From IMG/VR virus record IMGVR_UViG_3300042691_007361, positions 32,001 to 96,000 of that record: DNA of 64,000 nucleotides; one strand, written 5' to 3'. This document shows positions 19,048 through 31,000 of this stretch, piece after piece. Positions within the stretch are counted from its first letter, which is position 1, and every line of letters starts with the position of its first letter. Source of the stretch: a virus. The notes below the pieces were generated by a model. It was not told the DNA's origin, searched no databases, and saw only the letters and a program-made list of their open reading frames with translations. The position numbers and the translations under genes are program-made.

Positions 19048-22000
19048 AGTTAAGGTTTTGGAATGTCTCTCTAGACTTGATTGCATGTATTGGGTCATAG
19101 TTCTTACCTCTGACACCAAAGATACCCCCTATGTGGTTCCATAGTTTATAGTCTCCTTCTTCCTGCCAGAAGTATGGACCAACATCTTGTTTATAGATTG
19201 CTGAGTCATCTCCTGTAGCCATGTGGAATAGGTCTGCCATTATCTTTAATGTGTTACCTATTATTGGTCCTGAAGCTAGGGAAGCTGGATTAATGAAGTT
19301 CATGAAGTCATCAAATCCTACTATAGGAACTAAGAGCTCATTCTCTGATTTTACTGCCATAAGTTGGTAAAGTAAGTGATTAGAAAAATAACCCATTGCT
19401 CCCCAATCTTTTTCTCTTTTTCTGAGTTTGTTGAAACGGTCTTCATCATCATCATCATATCCAAAGATAAATCCAACAGCTAGTCCCATCATAGCAAGGT
19501 AAATACCTTCAGCTAACATTCTTCTAAATGCAGCTTTTTCTTTATCAGATGCCATTGGATAATATTTACCCATGGTTTTTACTGTTCTCCACATTAATTG
19601 AAGACCGGATATGTAGTAACCTTTTGTAAGGGTGTTCATGTTAAAGTCATAGACCTCTCCTCCAAAGTTTTCTTTAGAGGTATCAAATTGGAATCTATGT
19701 ACAAACATTGGTAATGAGAATAGACGGTAGAAAGTAAAGAGTCTAAATCCAAGATACTTACTTGCCAGTGGTGTATCTAATTGGTCTATTAGACCATTAA
19801 GTCTTTTACCTACTCCCTGTACCTTAAGTTTGAAGTCATTGAAGAGTGCATTCTCAGAGATGATAAGCTCATCTCCTTCTTTTACATCTGCCGGATCTTC
19901 AATGTCATTCTTTTTCATCAAGTCCTCTACAGTAAGATTGTATTTCTTTGCTACTGACTCAAGTGAGTCACCTACTTGATATACATGGTTTATTGATTGT
20001 ACTCCATACTCAGGATCAATACCATCTTTAAGTTTAATCATACCTTTATCATCAAGCTCAAATGCATCTGAGTATCTAATCTTCTGTATATTCCCTGCTG
20101 AATCTGTTTGGTCAATGTATTTGTTATACATCATTCCCCAGAATACTTCAAGACCAGCTTCAACTTCAGCAAGCTTTCTAGCATCATACATCCATGTCAT
20201 ATCTAACATGTCTTTAAGGAAACTTCTAGAAGCTGATTTACTGAAGTCTTTTTTAGTCTTACCTGTGATAGGGTCAAAGTACTCCATCATTTGTATATCA
20301 AGAGACTTAGGTCCATGTGTATATATACCTTTTGTCATCAGCTGAATAGTAGCTGTATATGCTCTATACTTACCTAGAGCAAGTGACTTAGCTGTTATAT
20401 ACTCTGCTCCGGCTGCTTCAATCATAGACTGGAACAACATACCGTAACGGTTCTTAGCAGCAGAGACCATATCTAATGCAATAAAGGATCTACTTGTATT
20501 TCCCATAAGTGCGTTAGCTAGCTTAGTAACTCTTACATTTTTTTCATTAAACTCAGCATTGACTTTACCGTAGAAAGTTCTCTCAAGGAATTCATCAAAT
20601 GCTTTTGCTCTTTTGTTATCTCCTGTAGGTATAAAAGAGAGCATGCCTGTTGACTTCTTAATTTGCTTACTGATTCTGTTCATGTCTTTTATGGCATTCT
20701 CAGAATTGTTAAGCACATCACTTATTAGTTTTGCTATAGGCTCAATTTCAGAAAGCTTCTTCTGTACAGTAAGTGACTCCATGTAATCATAGAAACTTCT
20801 CAGGAAGTCCATTGATACATCTTGTTTCTTTAATCTATATAGACCACGTACAGGAATTCTAGTAAGTGGATTACCTAGTAAGTCAGTACCAATAGCAGTA
20901 GCCTCAGCATTGTAGTTAAACATCCATTCAGCAGCATCTGCAGTCTTTTCTTTACCAAAGAATCTTTGACCTAGTGTTTTTGCTGAGCTTAATTTATCTT
21001 CTACATTCTCCCTGGCTTTACCAGACTGTACCATCTCTAGATTACTTCTATGAAAGAAGTTAGCATAGTCATAGTATAACTTACTACCAAAGCCTTTGTC
21101 ATCCTGAACTCGTAGATACTCTTTCTTAAGCTCTTCAAGTAACTTATATGTTGGTGAATTAAGCTTCTTAAGATCATAGTACTCTTGATTCATGTACTTA
21201 TTATCATATGCAGAATCCTTTTTACCGGGAGTATACTCTTTAGGCAAGTAATTGTTTCTGTTATCTACAGTAACTCCAACAATCTTTGGTGTAACATATT
21301 CAGGTTTAGGAACTACTTTGTTGTATTTACCACCTGGAACAGCATATCTAATAATTTCTTTCCCTGTTATTGGATGTACAAGTTTTGTAGTCTTGTAATT
21401 CTCAAGACCGATTGGTTTAGCTACAGTCCATGCAGAAGTTCTAAATACTTTAATAGCTTTTTGCTTTATTGCAGGATCCCAAACTTCTTTAGTATAATGA
21501 TTCTGTATAAACCACTGGTCAAATGCTTCACTCTTAGTTCTTGCTTCTAGTATTTTAGGTGAGTTAATAAACTCATCTGCATTATCAATAGTAACATCAT
21601 CAATACCAGTACCTCTTAAAGCATAATTAATTGCTGCTATATAGTAATCAGTAGGTTCTTTGTAACTAAGCTCTGATAAGTCTCTGAATAATACTCTTAG
21701 TTTCTCAAGCTCAAGTGGACCAAGACCCATATCATTCTTAATGTTGATAAGGTCATCATACTCTTGTCTTTCTGATTCACTAAGTGCAGGACCATTATTG
21801 ATTCTATCTTGGTAAGTTTTAAGCTTTTCTGCATCCTCAAGTGATAGACCAGACTTCTTATCAAACTGTGCTTCAAGATTTACAAGCTCTACCTCTATTT
21901 CTTTTACACGTTTTCTCTGCTCTTCAGTAAGCTGGATACCATTTACCTGACGGTTCTTATCTGTAGTCTTACCAATAATGTCATAGCGCTCTTCAATAAG

Positions 22001-25000
22001 TTCAGCTCTACGTTTAGCAATCTCAGATTTTAATCCGGGCTTATCAGTAATCTGTCTTATCTGAGCAATTATATCTCTTCTAGTTTCAACATACTTATCA
22101 GAGTATGCTACACGCATATTCTTACGGAAGAATCTTTCTAGCTCCTCATTGAAGACATCAGGCTTCTCTTCCATAGTAATACCTTTGGCTGCTAGCTTAT
22201 CAACGTAGTTATCAAGTTCTCTTTGTAAACTATCTACATCCGGTTCTCCTGTCATGAACTTTCTAGATACAGATCTGTAATGTTTCATTACAAGAGCTTT
22301 CTCTAAAGCTTCACCAGTTTTCTGAGTACCATCAGGATAGTATACATCATAAAGACTTTCATACTCCATCTTAGCTTCATCAGCAGCCGTAGCTTCAAGC
22401 ATATCATCTCTATCTTCATACTTAATATTCTGAAGAGTATTCATCTTTTCTATAGCAGCTGCTCTTTCTAGGTAAGCTTGGAAAGACGTATCTGCATTTA
22501 CAACAACTTCTGATTTGGTAAATGGATTGATAAGCTTGTTATCTTGTGTCCAGATATTAAACTTCTCATAGTATTCATCTACCATTGGACGGTGCATGTA
22601 CTTCTTCTCAAAGTCAATAAGGTTCTTGTAAGCTTCTTTTACTAGAGTCTTATCCTTTTTATCCTTGGCATTCTCATACTCATTCTTCAGCTTACCATAA
22701 TCATAACGCCAGTTTTTAAACTTGTCATGATATGTAAACCTTTCATACTCTACCCACTCACCGGTTTTACTGTCTGTATAACCATCTTTATCAAGTAATA
22801 ATAGTTGTTTACCAAGTGCGGCAACATTATTCTCATTGTATCCTGCTTGTCTTAATAGTGGGTCAAGTTTACTTGCTATCTGATCTCTTTCTCTGAGTAG
22901 TTCTAACTCAGTATTAGACAACTCAATTGAGATATCTCTTGCAAATGTTCCTATAACAGGGTCATCAATGTTCTTAATAGGAATAAGATTAGCTGCTATA
23001 TAACCAATGTCTCCGCGTTCACCTTTCAAGAATGCATCATACTGCTCTCTTGTAAGACGTTTATCATTATACTGCTGAACTAATTTAGCAATGTAAGGCT
23101 TACGTTTTATATCAAGAGACAATCCTGCGTTATCAAGATTAAACTCCCGCATCAACGGTGCATTGACTACACTATCAATAAAGTCATTGATTGCATCAGT
23201 AGATATGTTATCTGCTTTTAGTGCTTTTGTGATATCAGCTTTAAACTTTTCATCAATCTCTTTACCCATAGAGGCACCCTTCTTCTCAAAGTATTGTCCG
23301 GCAAATTCTTGTTCTATATCATTGATCTTTCTAATTGCATCATTTACACTAGTATTGATACCATTAAGAGTCTTTACAAAATCAGTTTCTTTATTTAGAC
23401 CTACTGCTACACGTACATCCTCTACAAGTTTCTTCTGTCTGATCAAGAAATCTTTGAAGTACATTACCTTTGTAATCTCTTCTGTTTTAATCTTACGCGG
23501 GTCACCACTTATTTTTCCTAGTGCCTTGTCAATATTTTCAACAAAGACTTCAATATGTGCTATTGAATTTACAAGAGCTAGAGTTCTTAGTCTGAACTCT
23601 TCTTGCTGATCCTTCATTGCACTAATTGCATTCTCAGGTTTTACTTTTGTAGGATCATCGGATACAGTCTGGTATGGTCTTAAGTCTTCAGCAATGTATC
23701 TTAAAAACTTGATACCCTCTCTACTTTCTAATAAATCTTTTAGTCTCTTTGGAGATTTACTAAGCTGATCAAGTTCATACATGTTTTCTGCATATACATT
23801 ATTGATAGCTTTCTGTAACTTACCGTCCTCAACCTTTTGGAATTGAGAAACTATACTTGAGATATCTTTCTTAAACTCAGCAAAATCTGTTTCACTAAAT
23901 ACAACATTATCAATTTGAAAATCCTCATTGACCATCATATTTGCTAAGTCATCTAGAGTAGTATCAACACTAAGTTTATCTAGGTTTACCTTACCAACCA
24001 GTTCCTTGATTAGTTTCTTTATAGCAAACAATATATTCTGAATGAACTGTTTGAAACCTTCTTCAGTTTCTGTTTGCTCATTTACCTTATTCATTGCTGC
24101 TTTTTCAAGAGCATTTACAATAACCTCTTCTTTAAAACGGTCACTCTCAAACTCTAGATTAGGATAGTTAACTACTACATTTTCAATAAGTTTAACACCG
24201 GTAGCTGAAGTTCTGAGTTGATAATATAGTTTATCAAATAGACCGGGATTCATTTTTGCTATACCCTTAACAAGTGGGTGAGCATATTCATGAAGTACTA
24301 GTTCTGTAGAAAGTTTATCACCTACAAAGTATACTGTATCATTATAATAGAACGCAGCTTCTCCTTCATAAGGAGTTGTTGTATTCTCAAGTACTCTTGT
24401 TGCTTCTGCTGCACTTATCATAGTATAAGGTACACCAAATGCTTTTGCAAACTTATCTCCTAATCTTACTGCAATCTCCTTTGCCTTCTCCTTTTTCTGA
24501 GTTTCAGGGTCAGCAGCAAAGTTTTCATTGAAATCATTAACTTCTTCTTCATCTTGTTCTTCTGTAGTTTTAATTCTATCAGCTAAAGGTTTAATTACTA
24601 CTTCAACTGTATAGGCTTTTCTCTCTGATCTTGAGAGACTTATGACACTAGGAAACTTATCTGCCAGAGCTTCTACAATAGCAACATTAGGTTTGAAGAT
24701 CAACTCTTCAGCAGCCTTTTGTTCTACTATAGAACCATAATTAGTAAATCCTCTTGTTACATAGTACTTACCCTTTAAAGGATGTATTACACCAGATAGT
24801 AGAGATTGAATAGCTCTATCAGTAAGAAAAGGATTCACCTCAAATGCCTTCATAACATTTTGACGTACCTTCTGCTTATCATTTGTAAGCCAGTCTTTAA
24901 CTTCTTTAGGAGTAGGATAATAGTACTCATCATTAGGACCAACCTTTCTTACAACAACTGAATAGTCATGTACAAACTTTTCAGCTAGGTCTGTCCCATA

Positions 25001-25051
25001 TATATTTTCTAATGCCTTAAACTCTTTAAGACTTCTGACAATACACTTCAT
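19046..25051 (-). CDS. Giant virion cargo protein (2001 aa): zincin-like HEYAH domain, LysM domain, C-terminal hydrophobic helix
   Basis: HEYAH at 24278-24292, LysM-like HVYQVGDSLESVAKKYNLTVEDLMKKNDI...EGDELII at ~19859-19987, and GIYLAMMGLAVGFIFGY. Confidence 0.8.
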   Translation of the reverse strand: MKCIVRSLKEFKALENIYGTDLAEKFVHDYSVVVRKVGPNDEYYYPTPKEVKDWLTNDKQKVRQNVMKAFEVNPFLTDRAIQSLLSGVIHPLKGKYYVTRGFTNYGSIVEQKAAEELIFKPNVAIVEALADKFPSVISLSRSERKAYTVEVVIKPLADRIKTTEEQDEEEVNDFNENFAADPETQKKEKAKEIAVRLGDKFAKAFGVPYTMISAAEATRVLENTTTPYEGEAAFYYNDTVYFVGDKLSTELVLHEYAHPLVKGIAKMNPGLFDKLYYQLRTSATGVKLIENVVVNYPNLEFESDRFKEEVIVNALEKAAMNKVNEQTETEEGFKQFIQNILFAIKKLIKELVGKVNLDKLSVDTTLDDLANMMVNEDFQIDNVVFSETDFAEFKKDISSIVSQFQKVEDGKLQKAINNVYAENMYELDQLSKSPKRLKDLLESREGIKFLRYIAEDLRPYQTVSDDPTKVKPENAISAMKDQQEEFRLRTLALVNSIAHIEVFVENIDKALGKISGDPRKIKTEEITKVMYFKDFLIRQKKLVEDVRVAVGLNKETDFVKTLNGINTSVNDAIRKINDIEQEFAGQYFEKKGASMGKEIDEKFKADITKALKADNISTDAINDFIDSVVNAPLMREFNLDNAGLSLDIKRKPYIAKLVQQYNDKRLTREQYDAFLKGERGDIGYIAANLIPIKNIDDPVIGTFARDISIELSNTELELLRERDQIASKLDPLLRQAGYNENNVAALGKQLLLLDKDGYTDSKTGEWVEYERFTYHDKFKNWRYDYGKLKNEYENAKDKKDKTLVKEAYKNLIDFEKKYMHRPMVDEYYEKFNIWTQDNKLINPFTKSEVVVNADTSFQAYLERAAAIEKMNTLQNIKYEDRDDMLEATAADEAKMEYESLYDVYYPDGTQKTGEALEKALVMKHYRSVSRKFMTGEPDVDSLQRELDNYVDKLAAKGITMEEKPDVFNEELERFFRKNMRVAYSDKYVETRRDIIAQIRQITDKPGLKSEIAKRRAELIEERYDIIGKTTDKNRQVNGIQLTEEQRKRVKEIEVELVNLEAQFDKKSGLSLEDAEKLKTYQDRINNGPALSESERQEYDDLINIKNDMGLGPLELEKLRVLFRDLSELSYKEPTDYYIAAINYALRGTGIDDVTIDNADEFINSPKILEARTKSEAFDQWFIQNHYTKEVWDPAIKQKAIKVFRTSAWTVAKPIGLENYKTTKLVHPITGKEIIRYAVPGGKYNKVVPKPEYVTPKIVGVTVDNRNNYLPKEYTPGKKDSAYDNKYMNQEYYDLKKLNSPTYKLLEELKKEYLRVQDDKGFGSKLYYDYANFFHRSNLEMVQSGKARENVEDKLSSAKTLGQRFFGKEKTADAAEWMFNYNAEATAIGTDLLGNPLTRIPVRGLYRLKKQDVSMDFLRSFYDYMESLTVQKKLSEIEPIAKLISDVLNNSENAIKDMNRISKQIKKSTGMLSFIPTGDNKRAKAFDEFLERTFYGKVNAEFNEKNVRVTKLANALMGNTSRSFIALDMVSAAKNRYGMLFQSMIEAAGAEYITAKSLALGKYRAYTATIQLMTKGIYTHGPKSLDIQMMEYFDPITGKTKKDFSKSASRSFLKDMLDMTWMYDARKLAEVEAGLEVFWGMMYNKYIDQTDSAGNIQKIRYSDAFELDDKGMIKLKDGIDPEYGVQSINHVYQVGDSLESVAKKYNLTVEDLMKKNDIEDPADVKEGDELIISENALFNDFKLKVQGVGKRLNGLIDQLDTPLASKYLGFRLFTFYRLFSLPMFVHRFQFDTSKENFGGEVYDFNMNTLTKGYYISGLQLMWRTVKTMGKYYPMASDKEKAAFRRMLAEGIYLAMMGLAVGFIFGYDDDDEDRFNKLRKREKDWGAMGYFSNHLLYQLMAVKSENELLVPIVGFDDFMNFINPASLASGPIIGNTLKIMADLFHMATGDDSAIYKQDVGPYFWQEEGDYKLWNHIGGIFGVRGKNYDPIHAIKSRETFQNLN

Positions 25052-28000
25052 TATAGCTTACAATTTTTTAGGTGTTCAATATACTGTTCCTCTGACATAG
25101 TATCAGCATACATTTCAAAATATGATTCAATCACATCATCTAAGTTACCAAGTTTTTGCTGTTGTTCAGCAGTCAGGGTATTATAAAAATCATCCAACAT
25201 ACTATAGTTACCTACTGATATTGCTGAGAAATCAAACCCGGATTCTTGAGCTGTGTTAATAGCATTCTTGTATGTATCAGGAATGTATTCAAACTCTATC
25301 TGCCATGCCTTATCAAGTTTTGGTCTTACTACTTTATTAAAGTAATCAGTTGACCATCCTTCAAGTTGTGACCATTGACTAGCTGTCTTACCACTACCTA
25401 CTAATTTGTGTAGAGGCTTAGTCACTTTTACTTTAAGAGAGTCACCGTTATCAGATACCCACTCAATAATATCACCTGTCTTAGCTTTCTTCCAATAATC
25501 AAATCCTTTTTGATCTGAGTATCTTGTTGTAGCAGTTCTTTCTCCAAGAGCCACTGCTGCAATTGTGCTATCTGCAGTAACACCAGGACGTTTGTTATCA
25601 CCATAAGAGAAGGACATCTTACCTTTGAATGATAAAGGTTGAGTAAGTTGGTTACTCATTGGCTTAAGGAACTCATTGAAGTTCTTTCTTGACTTAGCAT
25701 ATTTATCTGCTAGATCATTCATCTCTTCACCAGAGTGACCTTTAACCCAAGTAATCTTAACTGAACCACCATTAGCTTCAATCTTAGCAATTGCTGCTAC
25801 TGCTTTATCAATCAAGTACTGAATATAAGGTTCTTTTGACTTCCATGGTTTGTCTGCACGTTGAAGTGATCCTTCTGAATGTTGCCATAGACCATTGTAG
25901 TTAACAGCTCCGTTATAATCTTGATGGATAAACAAATGCTCCCCGGTATCTTGGAATGTTTCAAGTACTGTACTTAGTGCTAACATCTCCATTGTAGGAT
26001 TACTAAACTTAGCGTTAGGGAATTTAGCTTGTAAATCTTTTACTGCTTCACCTTCTTGAGTACCTGAGAGACCAAACTCTTTATCTTGATACTTATATAC
26101 TGCACCAAATCCAATGTTACCTGTTCCTTTGATATCTGAACCATCAGAATATACTCTTATTGGTTCTTGTACTGTAGACATCTTAGCTGTTTTGTTTTCT
26201 TTAGCCTCTACTTTCTCTTCTTCAAAGAGGCTAAGTTGTTGATTATCACCCATATCCTTCTCTAATATTTCTGGTGATTCCTCAACTTCTGGAGCTTTTA
26301 TATTGTTATCAACCCATAGACTAAACTCTGAGATATTCACAGGTTGATCCGTTGAGAAATCATGGAACAAGTTACTCAATTTATCAACATTAACACCTGC
26401 CGTAGCCAGTCTATCTAGTATAATATTTAAACTTTGGTATGTGACATCTACATAATCATCATAGTCATCAGAGTATAGTTTTTGAAGATCAACATTTTCT
26501 GGCACATCAATAATGGTTAGATCCGGATTTAAATCTTTAACCATTTGGTTAAACTCATTCTCTCCTAATTCATTAACAAGATTATCTATTGCTGTTCTTG
26601 TAGAAATTGTTTCTTCAAGTGGGAATGCAGTAACTTGATTTGAGTTAAATACTTTTGGTTCTACAACATAGTTTTTGAACTGTGAGTCACTCATCAAATT
26701 ATTGTACACTTTAGATAAGCTAGCAGGGTTTAGATTATTTTGCATGAATGTACCAGCAGCACTACGCATTACTTCTAGATACATTGTATCATCAAGCGCT
26801 TTGTTGAATCCATATTTAGTATAACCTACACCATGTTGGTGGATCATCATTAGTGAGAAGATACGGAAGACATCACTTAGTCTTTTGTTATCTGCTTCTG
26901 ATGATACCTTACGTACATTAACATCAGCTAACTCTCTAAGGTTCTGGAAATAAACATCACCTAGTTCTCCCTTAAGAATATTTCTATCATTAAGCTGAAC
27001 TATCTTCTCTTTACCTTTATATGGTAATACAGATATCTGCCCAAGGATTGGATATCTATCTTTAAGTTGGGAGAACTCTCGGATAGTATTCATTACCAAG
27101 TTAGTGTAAGAGAATTCATCTGTACCTACAATTGCATCTCTATTGAAAGTGTTTAATAGAGCACGTTGAGCTAAGAACTTTTCAAAGGCTGGAGTATAGC
27201 TTTCACCTTCTGTATATATACTTCTTAGGTACTCTCTTTCAACTACATATCTATTAAAGGAAGCTTGAGATCTAAATGGGTCATCAGATACTTTGAAAGA
27301 GGTCAACCCTCTCTTAGTAAAGCTATCATTAGAGTCTGATGTTTTTAAATATTTTTTGTCAGTAAAGTCCCTGTTAAGCTGACCACGATCTACATAAATA
27401 ACTCCATCTTTATACTCAACTCCATTCTGAACTCCGGGCTTAATTACTATCTGTGAGCCTCTGTAATAGTCAGGTAATTCTGATATATTACCTTTAGAGT
27501 CAACAAAGTTAGACATGTAGTTTTGGAAGATGTAGTTAATCACAGCGTTATTAAACTCTGATGTAAATCTTTCCTCACCGTCCATACCCTGACCAAACTT
27601 TCTAGATATCTCAGTTTTGTTACCACCTAGTTTACTAGTAATAAAGTCTGATACTTCTTTGTTTAATCTTAATGGCATTACAGGTTCTACAAGATCAAGA
27701 GCTAAGTCTCCTTGATAGAATGACCTAAGAATAGATTTGTTTCTGATTGCTTCTGGTAATTCAGGATCTACTTTAGATGTTTCTGTTGAATCAAGGAATG
27801 CTTGTTCTCTCTTTCTTACTTGCTGTATTGTCTTTAACAGTTTAGTATCTGGGTTAGACTGGCGTTTTACTGCCTCTAGACCCTTAATCTGTTTTTCTAT
27901 TTCTAAGAAGTGTAAGAATGCTGCGTCCTGAATAGCTTTGTACTTAGGATTCTTTGGATCCTTGATGCTAGCTATTAGTGTTTCTTCATCAAAGTAACCT

Positions 28001-31000
28001 TTGTCATTAAGAATTCCAGGCTCGGATGTAGCAAGAACTGCAGCATCATATGCTGTGTCATTAGTTACAAGTGAACCAAATCTCTTATATAATAAGTTTT
28101 TCTTACTTACTTCTGCTCCTCTGTATATACTAACCACTTTTGCTGGTGTAGTTATGCCTTTTTGAATCGCAGTCTTCAAGTTTTTAACTAGAGTTACTTG
28201 TGGTGCATTATCACCATCTAGAACTACAGAGATTGTATCATTATCACCAACCTTAGCTATTGCTCTGCTGTATGCGTTCTCATTTATCTGTTTAAGATAT
28301 AATGCTCTTCTTTGATAAGGTATTCTTTTCTCAATTCTATTAGCGGCTTTGAACTTAGTAAAAGTAGCTTGAGGGATTTCTTTAGTAGCTAGTGTAGAGA
28401 ATGTACTCTTAAGTAGCTTTTGATTACTTCCATACTCACGGATTGTAGGCTGAGATACAAATGCAATTGCTGTCTTCTCAGGTACTCCTGCTTCTAGTAA
28501 GTAGTTAAGGATGCTGATTGTTTCTAGGTTAGCTTGAATAAAGAATGCCCATGGATCTTTCTCAACATCAAGAAGACCATTCATGATATGAGAGTATACG
28601 TCAGCAATTCTAGTACCTGCTACATTAACATTATTAGACAAAGAAATATGTCCGTCTATCTCAGCATGCGGTAGAAGTAATCTTGTTTCATAATCTCTCT
28701 CACCATCTACATACTTACCAGAGTTCTCATCAAAGAATGATTCTTTGTAAGTCTTAGGCATCTTAGCACCAATAGATTTAAAGATTGGGTGTTTCTTGTT
28801 TTGTAGAGCTTCAATACCTAGGGTATCTTTACCTACCATGTTTACATCATGCTTATGCAAGTTGTAACCTACTTCCAGAATACGGGTAGGGCTGATAGCT
28901 TTTTTTCTTTTGCCACTATCATCAGCCGGACCCATTCTCTGTTCCTCACCATGCATATTCTTGTATCTGTTATACTCAATAACATATGGTTCAAATTCAT
29001 CTGCTGTACCTTTTACAAGGTGAGTTTCATTTGGACGTACAAGTGATGCAAAGTTTCCTGGAGTTGCCAATATATCTTTAGTAGCCTGGATCAATTCATT
29101 CTCAAGTGCCTTCTTCTGTTTTTGAATTAGAGCTTTAGGACTTGGTTTTTTCATTCCAGGTTTTGGTTTGATCTTTTTAAGATCATCAATCTTTTGTTTT
29201 AACTCCTCATTGCTGATAGCTCCTGTTGCATACTCACCTTGTGTATTAATGTGAGGCATCATCCAGAAGATTTTATCAACGTCAAAGTCAGATCCTGCCT
29301 TAGCTACAATCTCTGTAGGTACAACAACTTTATTTCCTGCTGCTGGATCTAAGAAATGCCATACTTCACCAAACTCCATTGAGTTTAAGTTCTGAATTGG
29401 AATACGTGCACCAGCAAGAGTAATTGCTTTACGGTTGTTACCAGTATCTAACCACTCATCATCTTTGATAGCTTCGTTTAGTCTACTGATATTACCAATC
29501 TCTTCTCCTTTATATTGTAACTTAAGTAAGTTAACAAAGTCACCTTGAAGAGCAATAGCAATCTTCATTGCATTAGTCCCATCTTTACCTGGGTGATATG
29601 AAGGAAGGTTGTTACTACCTAGATATTTCTTTTTATCTTTTTCTGAAGCTTTATCAAACTGTACTGTCTGATCCCAGAGACCATTGTACATTGTACTTGG
29701 TACTTGTACTAATGCTTCTCCTTTTACCTTTTGTCTGATAAGTCTTTTAGTAAGTACAGACAATAGCATACGCTCAATAGTATCTGCTTCTAGGTGAAGT
29801 GATAAGTCAGTCTTTATGTTACCATTAAAGTCTACACCAATAGATCTTAACAAGTGATCTGGAATATCTCTTTTACCTAGTTCTTTTTGAATAAGCTCTA
29901 GGAAGTTCTTGATATTACCAATGTATTTACCATTCTTTTGCTCGTATCCAATCTCTTCAAGTATCTCTAACTTAAGTAAGTTAGTATACTGAGCAACAAC
30001 ATCATCATACTTAGTTGCTAGTTTATCAAACTCAGGCTTAGTAATTGCTCCTTTATCAAATAATCCATCAAGGATTAATCCACGCAACTGAGTAGGGAAA
30101 GTAACTATTGTTTTGTATTTAGCATTGATATTAGTTACACTCTTAAGATACTCTAAGTAAATTGTATTCGGTGTAAGAGTAAGTTCTTTCTTAAGTTCTT
30201 TCTGTGTATCATCTGCAAAGATTACATCTGCTTTTCCATTAGATGTAACATTACCAACTTTAGAACCTGATTCATATGTTAGATACTGAATGTTGTTTCT
30301 CATCATCTCTTTATGAAGATGTTCTAATTGAGAACCAGCAATCTCACTAGGAATCAGCGGCATCAATGCAAACTTATGGAAAGATGTCAATGGCAAATCT
30401 GTATTTGCTAATGGTCCAAAGTTCTGTAACTTATATACCGGGAAGTAGTTAACTACATCAGATGCTTTTATAGGAACTTTATTTATTATTTTCTTGTAAA
30501 GCTCTTCTTGTTTATTACTCCATGCATTTTCTAGCTTCTTAAGTGTACGGTATGCATCAATACCAATTACACCTGCACCATCAGCCTCATTCATTTCTTT
30601 ATAAGGCTTAAGTTCTTTTTCTAGTAGGTCATTTATCTGAGCTTCAGATTTACCATTTAGTTTATACTCTGCTCTAAGACCAGCTTCTATATCCTTAAGA
30701 TAAACAGACGGGCGCTCAACATCTTTGACTACAGCAGTATTAAAAGTACCATCATAGTGAAACTTGTTGTAGTCATCATTCTTTTCTTCAGCGGCTACCT
30801 TAGATGCATATGTAACTCTCTCAATTATATTACCATCATCATCTACTCTATCTTTATTCCAGATATTATTAATGAAGTCTTGAGCCATTACATCAGTAAG
30901 GAACTTAGGTCCACCTGAAGTAGAACCTGTGTTACGCTTATGCATCTCTTCTTTAAGGTGATTGTACTGAGCCATATCACCATAGAATAGATTAATAGTT

